Assembly: GCA_035567755.1 (NCBI GenBank)
Contig: DATMPH010000026.1
Span: 533-64,532 of the forward strand
Origin: Rhizomicrobium sp.
GTDB taxonomy: Bacteria; Pseudomonadota; Alphaproteobacteria; Micropepsales; Micropepsaceae
DNA length: 64,000 nt
Direction of reading: 5' to 3'
The first letter of the stretch is position 1, and every line of letters starts with the position of its first letter. A program made the translations under genes and the position numbers. The notes under the pieces are model-generated. The model did no database searches and had not been told where the DNA came from. It saw only the letters and a list, made by a program, of their open reading frames with translations. Shown piece by piece: positions 55,202 to 64,000 of the stretch.

Positions 55202-58200
55202 TCAGTCCTGTGCCTGTCCGAACCCGCCACCGCCGGGCGTGGCAATCAGGATTTGGTCGCCGGGCGTGACGGCGATCTCGTCGCGGCCCCTGAGCGCGAT
55301 CGTCTCGCCGCCGGCGCGGATCACCATGTTGGCGCCCGGCAAGCCCGGTTCGCCGCCCTTCAGCCCGAAAGGCTCGGTTTCGCGCCGTGTCGACAGGATC
55401 GCCGCCGTCATGTCTTCGTGGAAACGTATGCGCCGCAACACGCCATCGCCGCCGTGATGGCGGCCCTTGCCGCCGGAACCGTGGCGGATCGAGAACTCCT
55501 CGAGCAACACGGGATAGCGCGTCTCGAGAATTTCCGGATCCGTCAGACGCGAATTGGTCATGTGGGTGTGCACGGCCGATGCGCCGTCGAAATCGGCGCC
55601 CGCTCCGGCGCCGCCGCAAATCGTCTCGTAATATTGGTGATTGGCGTTGCCGAAGGTGAGGTTGTTCATGGTGCCCTGCGCGGCGGCCATCACGCCCAGG
55701 GCGCCGAACAGTGCGTCGACAACGGCCTGGCTCGTCTCCACATTGCCGCCGGCGACGGCCGCCGGATAGCGCGGATTGAGCAGCGAACCCTCGGGCACCA
55801 CGATCTCGAGCGGCTTGAGGCATCCGGCGTTCAGCGGAATGTCGTCGCCGACGAGGCAGCGGAATACATAAAGGACCGCGGCCTTCGTCACCGAGCGCGG
55901 CGCATTCAGATTGGTGTCGCTCTGCGAAGAGGTGCCGCCGAAATCGACGCGTGCGCAGCGGCGTTCGCGGTCGACGGTGATCGCAACGCGGATCTCTAAG
56001 CCGCCATCCATCGGCAGGATGAACGCACCATCGGCCAGCGCGCCCATGACCTTCCGCACCGCCTCCTCGGCGTTGTCCTGTACGTGGCGCATGTAGGCCG
56101 TGATGGTGTCCGCGCCGTAAAGCTGCGCCGCGCGCTGCAGTTCGGAGATGCCCCGCGTGCACGAAGCTGCCTGCGCCTTGAGATCGGCGATGTTCTGATC
56201 GGGATTGCGTGCGGGGTGCTCGCCCGCGCATAGAACCGCGCGCACGGCATTTTCGTCGAAGTGGCCTGCCTCAACCATTCGGATGGCGTCGAAGAGCGCT
56301 CCTTCTTCGCGAATATCGCAAGAGAAGGGTGGCATGGAGCCCGGAGAAATCCCGCCGATATCGGCGTGATGTCCGCGCGCCGCCACGAAGAATCGCCGAT
56401 CGCGCCCGATAAAGACCGGCGCAACCACGGTGACGTCGGGCAGATGGGTTCCGCCATCGTATGGCGCGTTGCTCGCGAACATATCGCCCTCCGCCATTGT
56501 GGTCCCGTAGCGCGCGATGATCGACGCGACGCAATCGCCCATCGATCCGAGATGCACGGGCATGTGCGGCGCATTGGCGACGAGGTTGCCCTCCGCGTCG
56601 AAGACGGCGCAGGAAAAATCGAGCCGCTCCTTGATGTTCACCGAGGAGGCGGTGCTTTGCAGCGTGGCGCCCATTTCCTCGGCGATCGCCATGAACAGAT
56701 TGGCCATCACCTCGAGCAGGACGGGATCGGCAGCGGTAGCAGCATGCCGGAACGCGGATCTCGGCGTTGTGCGCGTGAGGATCACGGCGCGCGCAGAATT
56801 CATTTCCGCGCGCCAGCCGGGCTCGACCACGATCGTCTGATGAGGCTCGATGAGAAGAGCCGGGCCGTCCGTTTTCGCACCGCTCGTATCGACGACATCG
56901 CAATCCCGCCATTCGTGCTGCGAATAGAATCGCGCCCGGTCGATTGCGGGATGTTGAGCCGTCGCCGGCGGTGGTTCTTGCGCGTCTCCAACGGCTTCCC
57001 GGCTCCAGGCTTCTATTTCAACCGATTCCACGATCAGCGGCCTGTTTTCGAAGCCGAATCCGAATTGCTGTGCATGTGTTGACGCAAAGTGGCCCGTCAT
57101 CTCCTCTGCTTGCCCGACTCGAATGGGCAGCGTCGTGTCGCTGCCCACGTAGCGGATATGGGCGATGGCCTGCGTCGCGACATTGCGGCCGCCCTGCGCC
57201 TCGACATCGCTTGCCGCGTCCTTCGCCAGGTCCTGCGCGCTCTGCGCGAGCTGATTCGCGAGTACGCTATCGAGCACGCTGTTGATCGAACGCTGGCGGA
57301 AGGTTCTGAGCGATGCGAGCCGCATGCCATAAGCCGAAAGCAGTCCGGAGAACGGATGGATGAAAATGCGAGAAATGCCGAGCGCATCGGCGACGAGGCA
57401 GGCGTGCTGCCCGGCCGCGCCGCCGAAGCAGGCGAGGGCGTAACCGCGCACGTCATGACCGCGGGCGACCGATATCCGTTTGATGGCGTTCGCCATGTTC
57501 TCGACGGCGATGCGGATGAATCCGTCGGCCACGTCTTCGGGGGTGCGATTCGTTACGTGTGCGAGAAGTTCGAAAGCGGCGCGAACGCAATCTTCGTCAA
57601 GCGCCTGATCTCCCTGCGCGCCGAAAATTCGGGGGAAGCGGTCTTTGCGCAGCTTGCCCACGAGCAGATTGGCGTCGGTGACGGTGAGCGGGCCGCCACG
57701 CCGATAGCTCATCGGTCCCGGATTGGCGCCCGCCGAATCAGGCCCGACGCGAAAGCGTGCGCCGTCATAGTGCAGAATCGAGCCGCCGCCCGCCGCGATC
57801 GTATGAATCGCCATCATCGGCACGCGCAGGCGCACGCCCGAGATCTCGCATTCCTGGGTGCGTTCATAGACGCCGTCGAAGCGCGACACGTCCGTCGATG
57901 TTCCGCCCATGTCGAAGCCGATCACCCGGTCGAAGCCTGCCGCGCGCGCCGTCTCCACCATGCCGACGACGCCGCCCGCTGGACCGGACAGCACGGCATC
58001 CTTGCCATGAAAAGCTTCCGCGGCCGCGAGACCGCCACTCGATGTCATGAAGTAGAGCCGCGATGCGCCCCGGCCCGCACCGATCTTTTCGGCGATACGC
58101 TTCGAATACCGCCCCAGAACGGGAGACAGATAGGCATCGGCGACGGTTGTATCGCCGCGGCTGACATATTTGATCAGCGGCACGGTCGCGTGACTGGTCG

Positions 58201-58771
58201 AGACCTGCGCAAATCCGAGGCCTCGCGCGATTTCCGCCGCGCGCCGCTCGTGCGCGGAAAAGCGATAGCCGTGCATGAAAACGATGGCGCAGGCCGCGAA
58301 GCCTTCGGCGCGGGCGGAAGCGAGATCGTGCGCGAGCAAGGCTTCGTCGAGCGGACGAACGACCCCGCCTTCGGCGCTGACACGTTCGTCCGCCTCGATG
58401 ACCTTCTCGTACAGCGGCTGCGGAAGATCGATGCGGAGCACAAAAAGTTTCGGCCGGTTCTGATACCCGACACGAAGCTGGTCCCTGAATCCACGCGTCG
58501 TGATGAGGAGAACGCGCTCGCCGCGCCGCTCGAGGAGAGCGTTCGTCGCGACTGTCGTTCCGACGCGAAGCTCGACGAGGGATGCGGGAGGAATGTCGGA
58601 GTTGGTTGGCACACCGAGGAAGCGGCGTATGCCTTCGAGCGCGGCGTCGTCGTAGCGGTCGCTCTCCGACAGCAGTTTAAGACTGGAGAGTCTGCCATCC
58701 GGCGCTTGCGCCACCACGTCGGTGAACGTACCGCCCCGATCGACATAAAACCGCCAGCCAACGTTTGTCAT
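55202..58771 (-). CDS. 5-oxoprolinase (fused hydantoinase A/B type)
   Basis: [75 protein letters not shown]. Confidence 0.92.
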   Translation of the reverse strand: MTNVGWRFYVDRGGTFTDVVAQAPDGRLSSLKLLSESDRYDDAALEGIRRFLGVPTNSDIPPASLVELRVGTTVATNALLERRGERVLLITTRGFRDQLRVGYQNRPKLFVLRIDLPQPLYEKVIEADERVSAEGGVVRPLDEALLAHDLASARAEGFAACAIVFMHGYRFSAHERRAAEIARGLGFAQVSTSHATVPLIKYVSRGDTTVADAYLSPVLGRYSKRIAEKIGAGRGASRLYFMTSSGGLAAAEAFHGKDAVLSGPAGGVVGMVETARAAGFDRVIGFDMGGTSTDVSRFDGVYERTQECEISGVRLRVPMMAIHTIAAGGGSILHYDGARFRVGPDSAGANPGPMSYRRGGPLTVTDANLLVGKLRKDRFPRIFGAQGDQALDEDCVRAAFELLAHVTNRTPEDVADGFIRIAVENMANAIKRISVARGHDVRGYALACFGGAAGQHACLVADALGISRIFIHPFSGLLSAYGMRLASLRTFRQRSINSVLDSVLANQLAQSAQDLAKDAASDVEAQGGRNVATQAIAHIRYVGSDTTLPIRVGQAEEMTGHFASTHAQQFGFGFENRPLIVESVEIEAWSREAVGDAQEPPPATAQHPAIDRARFYSQHEWRDCDVVDTSGAKTDGPALLIEPHQTIVVEPGWRAEMNSARAVILTRTTPRSAFRHAATAADPVLLEVMANLFMAIAEEMGATLQSTASSVNIKERLDFSCAVFDAEGNLVANAPHMPVHLGSMGDCVASIIARYGTTMAEGDMFASNAPYDGGTHLPDVTVVAPVFIGRDRRFFVAARGHHADIGGISPGSMPPFSCDIREEGALFDAIRMVEAGHFDENAVRAVLCAGEHPARNPDQNIADLKAQAASCTRGISELQRAAQLYGADTITAYMRHVQDNAEEAVRKVMGALADGAFILPMDGGLEIRVAITVDRERRCARVDFGGTSSQSDTNLNAPRSVTKAAVLYVFRCLVGDDIPLNAGCLKPLEIVVPEGSLLNPRYPAAVAGGNVETSQAVVDALFGALGVMAAAQGTMNNLTFGNANHQYYETICGGAGAGADFDGASAVHTHMTNSRLTDPEILETRYPVLLEEFSIRHGSGGKGRHHGGDGVLRRIRFHEDMTAAILSTRRETEPFGLKGGEPGLPGANMVIRAGGETIALRGRDEIAVTPGDQILIATPGGGGFGQAQD

Positions 58772-58785
58772 GCACTCACCCTACA

Positions 58786-58922
58786 GCGCGCTCCGCCGAA
58801 AGATTTTAACGCGGAGGACGCGGTGGAAGCGCGGGGGACGCGGAGGAACTTATAGCGCGCTACGCGCGCAAAAAACCTCTGCGTCCTCTGCGCAACCTCT
58901 GCGTCCTCCGCGTTAAAACCTT
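58786..58922. repeat. REP/MITE-like element copy B, inverted relative to copy A
   Basis: Manual alignment to the reverse complement of A: 119/138 identical. Confidence 0.85.
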
Positions 58923-58976
58923 CTCTCGACGTTAAAACCTTCTCTCTCCGGCCAGATTGGCTTAATGGTTTTGGTC

Positions 58977-59708
58977 ATGTCCATTTGGGGCAAACTGGGC
59001 GGCGCCGCCGCGGGATTTCTGCTCGGCGGCGGACCGATCGGCGCGCTCGCGGGCTTCGTCGCGGGCCATGTGCTCTTTGATCGCGGCGCCGGTGCAGAGG
59101 ACGGCCAGGAACACGGCATCGTCTTCACCATCGCGATCATCGCGCTCGGTGCGAAGATGGCGAAGGCCGACGGCGTCGTCACGCCGGACGAGGTCGAAGC
59201 CTTCGGCCGCATCTTCCGCGTGCCGCATTCGGAAGAAGCCAATGTCCGCCGCGTATTCGATCTGGCGCGGCAGGACACGGCCGGGTACGAGGCCTATGCG
59301 GGCCAGATCGCGCGCCTGTTCCGTCACAACCCCGCCGTGCTTGAAGACATTCTCGACGGCCTGTTCGAGATTGCGAAAGCCGATGGCATCCTGCATCCGG
59401 CCGAGCTGCAGTTCCTCGAGCGTGTCTCGGATATTTTCGGCTTTGCGCCCGACGAGTTCCTGCGCATCCGCGCCTCCCACGTGGGGCCGGACCTGGCCGA
59501 CCCATACACCATCCTGGGCGTCGATCGGCGCGCGAGCGAGGATGAAGTCAAGCGCACCTATCGCATGCTCGTACGTGAAAATCATCCCGACAGCCTGATT
59601 GCACGTGGCGTTCCTGAGGAATTCGTGCGCCTGGCCAATGACAAACTGGCCGCCATCAACGGCGCCTATGACAGGATCATCCGCGAGCGCCGGGTCGGCG
59701 CGGAGTAG
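58977..59708 (+). CDS. djlA: DjlA/TerB-family co-chaperone with C-terminal J-like domain
   Basis: MSIWGK..GAAAGF, AKMAKADGVV, DPYTILGV, ENHPD. Confidence 0.82.
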   Translation: MSIWGKLGGAAAGFLLGGGPIGALAGFVAGHVLFDRGAGAEDGQEHGIVFTIAIIALGAKMAKADGVVTPDEVEAFGRIFRVPHSEEANVRRVFDLARQDTAGYEAYAGQIARLFRHNPAVLEDILDGLFEIAKADGILHPAELQFLERVSDIFGFAPDEFLRIRASHVGPDLADPYTILGVDRRASEDEVKRTYRMLVRENHPDSLIARGVPEEFVRLANDKLAAINGAYDRIIRERRVGAE

Positions 59709-59719
59709 GCCGCAAAACG

Positions 59720-60433
59720 ATGGCCCTGCATTTCGTCGAGCGTCCCTCGCCCAATCATGACCCGCGGCCGGCGGGCGCGGCAGTCGATATACTCGTCCTG
59801 CACTACACGGGCATGCGCACCGCCGAAGAGGCGCTCGACCGGTTGTGCGATCCCGAAGCGAAAGTATCGTCGCACTACACGATCGACCGCGACGGGTGCA
59901 TCTATCGCCACGTTGACGAGGACCGGCGCGCGCGGCACGCCGGAGTCTCATGGTGGGCCGGCGAGCGCGATGTCAACGGCCGCTCGATCGGAATCGAACT
60001 CGTCAATCCGGGACACGAATTCGGCTATGTTCCTTTTCCCGAAGCGCAAATCGATGCGCTCATGGAACTCGCGCACGCCATCCTCGCGCGCCATCCCGTT
60101 CCGGCAAATCGTGTCGTGGGCCATTCCGACGTAGCCCCCGCCCGCAAGATGGATCCAGGAGAGCTGTTTCCCTGGCGACAATTGGCTGACGCCGGCATCG
60201 GCGTTTTTCCTCCCCCATCGTGGGGGAGGTGGCCCGAAGGGCCGGAGGGGGATTTCGCCGACATGCTCAGACAATTCGGCTACGGTGTCGCGCCGGACCT
60301 CGACATTCCACTCACCACCGTCACGACAGCTTTCCAGCGCCACTTCCGGCCGGAGAAGGTCGATGGAATTGCAGACGACGAAACGCAAGCGCGACTTTGG
60401 TCCCTTGTGTCTCTGAACCGGAATCGGAGTTGA
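59720..60433 (+). CDS. N-acetylmuramoyl-L-alanine amidase (AmpD/AmiD type) with C-terminal peptidoglycan-binding motif
   Basis: LHYTGM, VSSHY, RARHAG, SIGIEL, GHSDVAP.RK.DPG, AFQRHFRP. Confidence 0.92.
   Translation: MALHFVERPSPNHDPRPAGAAVDILVLHYTGMRTAEEALDRLCDPEAKVSSHYTIDRDGCIYRHVDEDRRARHAGVSWWAGERDVNGRSIGIELVNPGHEFGYVPFPEAQIDALMELAHAILARHPVPANRVVGHSDVAPARKMDPGELFPWRQLADAGIGVFPPPSWGRWPEGPEGDFADMLRQFGYGVAPDLDIPLTTVTTAFQRHFRPEKVDGIADDETQARLWSLVSLNRNRS
60205..60251 (+). repeat. half of the 54217-54356 element embedded in frame in the amidase CDS
   Basis: 28-nt exact match to the reverse complement of the element's right arm, then a GGCCC-GAA-GGGCC hairpin and CCGGAGGGGG. Confidence 0.8.
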
Positions 60434-60446
60434 GTGATACGCAAAA

Positions 60447-60571
60447 AAGATTCAGCGCAGAGGACGCAGAGGATGCGCAGTGGACGCCGGAAGATAACGG
60501 CGCGCGAAGCGCGCCAGTTTTTTCCTCTGCGCCCTCTGCGCATCCTCTGCGCCCACTGCGCTAAGAATCTT
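60447..60571. repeat. REP/MITE-like element copy C (same family as A and B, more diverged)
   Basis: AAGATTC...GAATCTT ends, GCGCAGAGGACGCAGAGG arms, central GCGCGAAGCGCGC. Confidence 0.8.
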
Positions 60572-60594
60572 GTTGGTTGAAGAGGCACGCGCCA

Positions 60595-61287
60595 GTGAAA
60601 ACCATTGGCATGATTGGCGGGATGAGCTGGGAATCGACCGCTGTCTATTATCGCGTCGCCAATCGCGCCGTGCAGACGCGACTGGGCGGGTTGCACTCTG
60701 CAAAGCTATTGCTGTGGTCGTTCGATTTTGCCGACATCCAGTCGCTCCAGGAAGCCGGGAACTGGCCCGAGGCTTCGCGGCGCATGGTCCATGCCGCGTG
60801 CACCCTTGTTCAGGGCGGCGCCCAATTCCTCATCATCTGCTGCAACACCATGCACATGATGGCGGATGCGGTGGAGCAGGGCGCGGGCGTGCCGCTTCTG
60901 CATATCGCCACGCCATTGGGCGCCGCGATCGCCGGCCGCAGATTGGCGCGCGTCGGTCTTCTCGGCACGAAATACACCATGCAAGCCGATTTCCTTCGCG
61001 CGCCGCTCGCGTGGGAGCATGGCGTGGAGATCATCGCGCCCGCGCCGGACGATGCATACGAGACCCATCGCATTATTTACGAGGAACTGTCGCGCGGGCA
61101 GTTCCTGGAATCTTCGCGTCGCAATCTTCGCCACATCATCGCGAGATTGGCGAGCCGCGGCGCGGAAGGTATCATTCTGGGCTGCACCGAGCTTCCGCTG
61201 CTCGTGAGCGCAGAGGACTCCGAGATTCCTCTGTTCGACACTGCCGAACTTCACGCACTCGCCGCAGTCGAGATGGCGCTTGCCTGA
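60595..61287 (+). CDS. aspartate/glutamate racemase family protein (GTG start)
   Basis: KTIGMIGGMSWEST, ICCNTMH, GLLGTKYTM, ILGCTEL. Confidence 0.9.
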   Translation: MKTIGMIGGMSWESTAVYYRVANRAVQTRLGGLHSAKLLLWSFDFADIQSLQEAGNWPEASRRMVHAACTLVQGGAQFLIICCNTMHMMADAVEQGAGVPLLHIATPLGAAIAGRRLARVGLLGTKYTMQADFLRAPLAWEHGVEIIAPAPDDAYETHRIIYEELSRGQFLESSRRNLRHIIARLASRGAEGIILGCTELPLLVSAEDSEIPLFDTAELHALAAVEMALA

Positions 61288-61690
61288 TCTCGTGAGCAAA
61301 CTCCTGCGGTTCCCGTGCGCTGTTCCGCGAGACCCCGGCGTTGATGCCTGGTTTTCCAGGCCCGAGGATGAGTTGCGACGGTTCGCCCAGCCATGGTTTG
61401 AACAAATGCGTGGCTGCGGAGCGGATGTTTGCGAGATTCTGCACGATGGCCATCCTACTGCGTGTGTGGGAGATGCGCCGTTTGGGTACGTCAACGCCTT
61501 CAGTTCTCATGTGAATGTCGGCTTCTTCTACGGGGCGGTGCTCGACGACCCGGCCGGCCTTCTGGAAGGCGCCGGCAAACGTATGCGGCACGTGAAGCTC
61601 CGCTGGGCGCAACAAGTGAACGCCGCTGCACTGAGCAAACTTATAGAGGCTGCATACCGGGACATCCGGTTGCGTCTCAGCTCCGCGTAG
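61280..61690 (+). CDS. DUF1801 (YdhG-like) protein
   Basis: HDGHPTAC, YVNAFSSHVNVGFFYGA.L.DPAGLLEGAGKRMRHVKL. Confidence 0.75.
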   Translation: MPDLVSKLLRFPCAVPRDPGVDAWFSRPEDELRRFAQPWFEQMRGCGADVCEILHDGHPTACVGDAPFGYVNAFSSHVNVGFFYGAVLDDPAGLLEGAGKRMRHVKLRWAQQVNAAALSKLIEAAYRDIRLRLSSA

Positions 61691-62207
61691 TCAGTTCCTC
61701 GGCCACGTACGTCTTCCACAGGTCGGTCAAGGTTAGCGATGTCTCGCACTTCACTTCGCGCATGATGGAATCGACGTAATTGCGATAGTTCCCGCTCAGG
61801 CTGTCGCGCGCCATTTTCCACGCCACGCGATAGGCCGGGTATCCGAGCAGCCTTTTGAGAACCGTGGCGTCCGAATTCCAGCTGCGGGCATCGAGCATAT
61901 TGGCCTGAAACTGGAGAAATGAATTTTCATAGTTCCAGAAAATCGAGCCGGCAAAGCCATAGAAGGCCCAAATCTTCGCGGGATCCATCGCCGCACAGTT
62001 CCTGTCGGCCTCTGCAACCAGTTCGCCCACGAACGGGTCCGACATCTTCAGAAGCGTGTCCACGTTTCTGGCGGTGCGTCCCTGCTGCATCAGGGATCTC
62101 TGGTTCAGATTGGCCTGACGCATCTGCAGCGCCAGGAAGATCAACGAAAAGACGACTGCGGTGCTGGAAACGAAAGTACCAACGGCCGCGAGATCGGAAA
62201 GTGACAT
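61677..62207 (-). CDS. hypothetical protein with N-terminal membrane anchor
   Basis: MSLSDLAAVGTFVSSTAVVFSLIFLALQMRQ followed by a helical domain. Confidence 0.6.
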   Translation of the reverse strand: MSLSDLAAVGTFVSSTAVVFSLIFLALQMRQANLNQRSLMQQGRTARNVDTLLKMSDPFVGELVAEADRNCAAMDPAKIWAFYGFAGSIFWNYENSFLQFQANMLDARSWNSDATVLKRLLGYPAYRVAWKMARDSLSGNYRNYVDSIMREVKCETSLTLTDLWKTYVAEELTTRS

Positions 62208-62279
62208 GGACGGATTTCCCCCGAGGAATCTGCGTCATCCTCATAGTCAGCTGTGGTCCGGCAATGCTAGTGTGATCCT

Positions 62280-62721
62280 GCGTCAGATGGCCGGATGGCC
62301 GCCCGCCTACGCCCTTCGGGCTACGGCGCGACAAGCCCGTTGTGGGCCTGCCGCGCCGAAGTCGCGAAGCGACGAAGGCGGGAGGAAAGTCCGGGCTCCA
62401 CGGAGACACGGTGCCGGATAACATCCGGCGGGGGTGACCCCAGGGATAGCGCCACAGAAAACAAACCGCCCGGCGAAGCCCCGAAAGGGGCGAAGACGGG
62501 CAAGGGTGAAACGGTGCGGCAAGAGCGCACCGCGCGGACGGCAACGGACGCGGCACGGCAAGCCCCACCGGGAGCAAGACCAAATAGGGACGGCGCACGA
62601 CCCGTTTCCGGGTTGCCGTCCGGGTCGGTCGCGCGAGGCGTCCGGTAACGGGCGTCCCAGAGGAATGGCCATCTCTCCGCGAAAGCGGGGAACAGAACCC
62701 GGCTTACAGGCCATCTGACGC
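62280..62721 (+). ncRNA. rnpB: RNase P RNA (type A)
   Basis: GAGGAAAGTCCGGGC, AGGGTGAAACGGTGCGGCAAGAGCGCACC, CAGAACCCGGCTTA; P1 GCGTCAGATGGCC/GGCCATCTGACGC. Confidence 0.97.
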
Positions 62722-62800
62722 ATTATTGCCGCCCAATTCTGTCACCATGGGGAGCCAAGGCCGCCATGTATTTGGCTCACGGCGCCCCCAAAAAAACTCG

Positions 62801-62831
62801 TTATGGCCGTGACAACAGCCCGGCCATGACG
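62801..62831. repeat. degenerate REP-like hairpin ATGGCCG...CGGCCATGAC
   Basis: 7-bp inverted repeat resembling the rhizobial GATGGCCGGGACAAGCCCGGCCATGAC-type palindrome. Confidence 0.45.
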
Positions 62832-63067
62832 ATGGTAGGACGCAGGTGCTCAAAACAGAATCGGAGCGTCCGTTCTTTGCGGTCTCGCGCAAGGTGCTGA
62901 GCGAGAATGGGCATTTCTCTGGCGTCCTGAGCTTCGATAAGCCGCCGAAAAATGGAATTGTCCGCTTCCAATCACGGGTCATCGGGGGAATGCCGGTTGA
63001 TTTCCGCGTTGATCCGCCTCAAGACTGCGCGCCACAATCCGCAATATGACCAACCCGGAGGGGTCCC

Positions 63068-64000
63068 ATGAAACGCAGCTTCGCGCTGGCGGCCATGACA
63101 TTGGCCGTCGCAATGCCATTTTCCGCGGGGGCGCAGACCCTCACCAATCTCGCGAATCAGCCGCCGGACGGCGCGTACATCACCATGCAGATGACCGACG
63201 GCACGGTCATAGCGCAGGGCGGTAATCTGAATGATTGGTGGAAGCTCACGCCTGACAATACGGGGAGCTACAAGAACGGTACCTGGACACAGCTCGCGAC
63301 CCTGCCATCCGGTTACGCGCCTTACGCGATGGCGGAAGCCGTGCTGGCGGACGGTCGGCTGGTGATTTCGGGCGGCGAGTACAATGAAACTTTTAACTGC
63401 TGCCAGTTCACGAACCAGAGCGCGATTTATGATCCGCTGAAGGACAAATGGACGATGATCAAGCCGCCGACCGGGTGGTCCAACATCGGCGACGCTCCGT
63501 CGATCGTATTGCCGGATGGCCGGTTCGTGGTCGGCTACAAATTCCGTACCAAAATGGCTGCGCTGGACCCGGCCACGCTTACGTGGAGCCCTCTTACCTC
63601 GACGGGTAAGAACGGCAACATGATTGCCGAGGAAGGCTGGGTTTTGCTTCCGGACGGCACATTCCTGACTGTTGATGTGAAGGCGCACCCGAAGTCCGAG
63701 CGGTATTATCCCAAGACGGGCGCATGGATCAATGAAGGCGATACGGCCAGCGTCGATCTGCGCGGAGCACAGAATTGCTGCGGCAACTGCATTCCCTATG
63801 GTCGACATAACCAAAAGTGTTACGACCCGCCCGGCGAAACCGGCGCCGCGGTGCGCCGGCCGGACGGTACCGTCTTCGCCACCGGCTCAATCCCCGATAA
63901 TCAGAACACGGCGCATACCGCGATCTGGACGCCGCCCGTCACAGGAAAGAAAGGTCAGTGGACGGCGGGACCGGATTTCCCGAACGGAGACCAGTCATAC
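63068..64000 (+). CDS. secreted kelch/galactose-oxidase-like beta-propeller protein, partial (absent from the ORF track)
   Basis: MKRSFALAAMTLAVAMPFSAGA signal; repeated units MTDGTV, LADGRLVISGG, LPDGRF, LPDGTF, RPDGTVFATG, each with a nearby Trp. Confidence 0.75.
   Translation, partial: MKRSFALAAMTLAVAMPFSAGAQTLTNLANQPPDGAYITMQMTDGTVIAQGGNLNDWWKLTPDNTGSYKNGTWTQLATLPSGYAPYAMAEAVLADGRLVISGGEYNETFNCCQFTNQSAIYDPLKDKWTMIKPPTGWSNIGDAPSIVLPDGRFVVGYKFRTKMAALDPATLTWSPLTSTGKNGNMIAEEGWVLLPDGTFLTVDVKAHPKSERYYPKTGAWINEGDTASVDLRGAQNCCGNCIPYGRHNQKCYDPPGETGAAVRRPDGTVFATGSIPDNQNTAHTAIWTPPVTGKKGQWTAGPDFPNGDQSY

Noticed and set aside
57089-58855. Long antisense ORFs (588 aa here; also 1573-3195, 48378-49901, 62972-63814)
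   Set aside because: They lie opposite well-supported genes, are Arg/Ala-rich with no motifs, and are expected shadows in high-GC DNA.
55036-58931. 9-bp direct repeat CTCTCGACG outside repeats A and B as a target-site duplication
   Set aside because: On the left it is 8 nt away from the repeat end and is part of a TCTCG-ACGG-CGAGA hairpin. On the right it arises from the 17-bp duplication. Could be chance.
55053-60571. ACGCAGAGG tandem units as a CRISPR array
   Set aside because: Units are 9-nt periodic arms of palindromes with no unique spacers, and there are no cas genes.
62846-63049. 67-aa ORF after rnpB as mraZ or a leader peptide
   Set aside because: No MraZ motifs and no convincing RBS; probably promoter region of the propeller gene.

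Overview
GC-rich alphaproteobacterial chromosomal window with no phage, CRISPR, transposase, rRNA or tRNA. In order: (1) membrane-lipid block (partial acyltransferase-3, hpnN, DUF6134-like, esterase, cfa); (2) core run dnaB-alr-mlaE-mlaF-radA-cvpA-purF-SDR; (3) sulfur/redox block (sbp-cysTWA, Rrf2 regulator, exported msrB/msrA, fused egtB-egtD); (4) a stress island (DUF3309 peptide, frameshifted CBS gene, MFS, otsA, otsB, GH15, pgl, zwf, gnd, tal-pgi, tkt) with four GGAAC-N16/17-(C/A)GTT EcfG-type promoter motifs; (5) orphan beta-barrel, ettA, mlaC, sahR-metF-metH; (6) a 50-64 kb region crowded with several families of REP-like palindromes. The most unusual signals are in (6). A 5-oxoprolinase gene is tightly bracketed by ~138-bp inverted repeats. 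Half of an intergenic palindrome reappears in frame inside a peptidoglycan amidase gene. The RNase P RNA carries repeat-like modules in P3 and P12. All calls come from reading motifs by eye; no database search was run.
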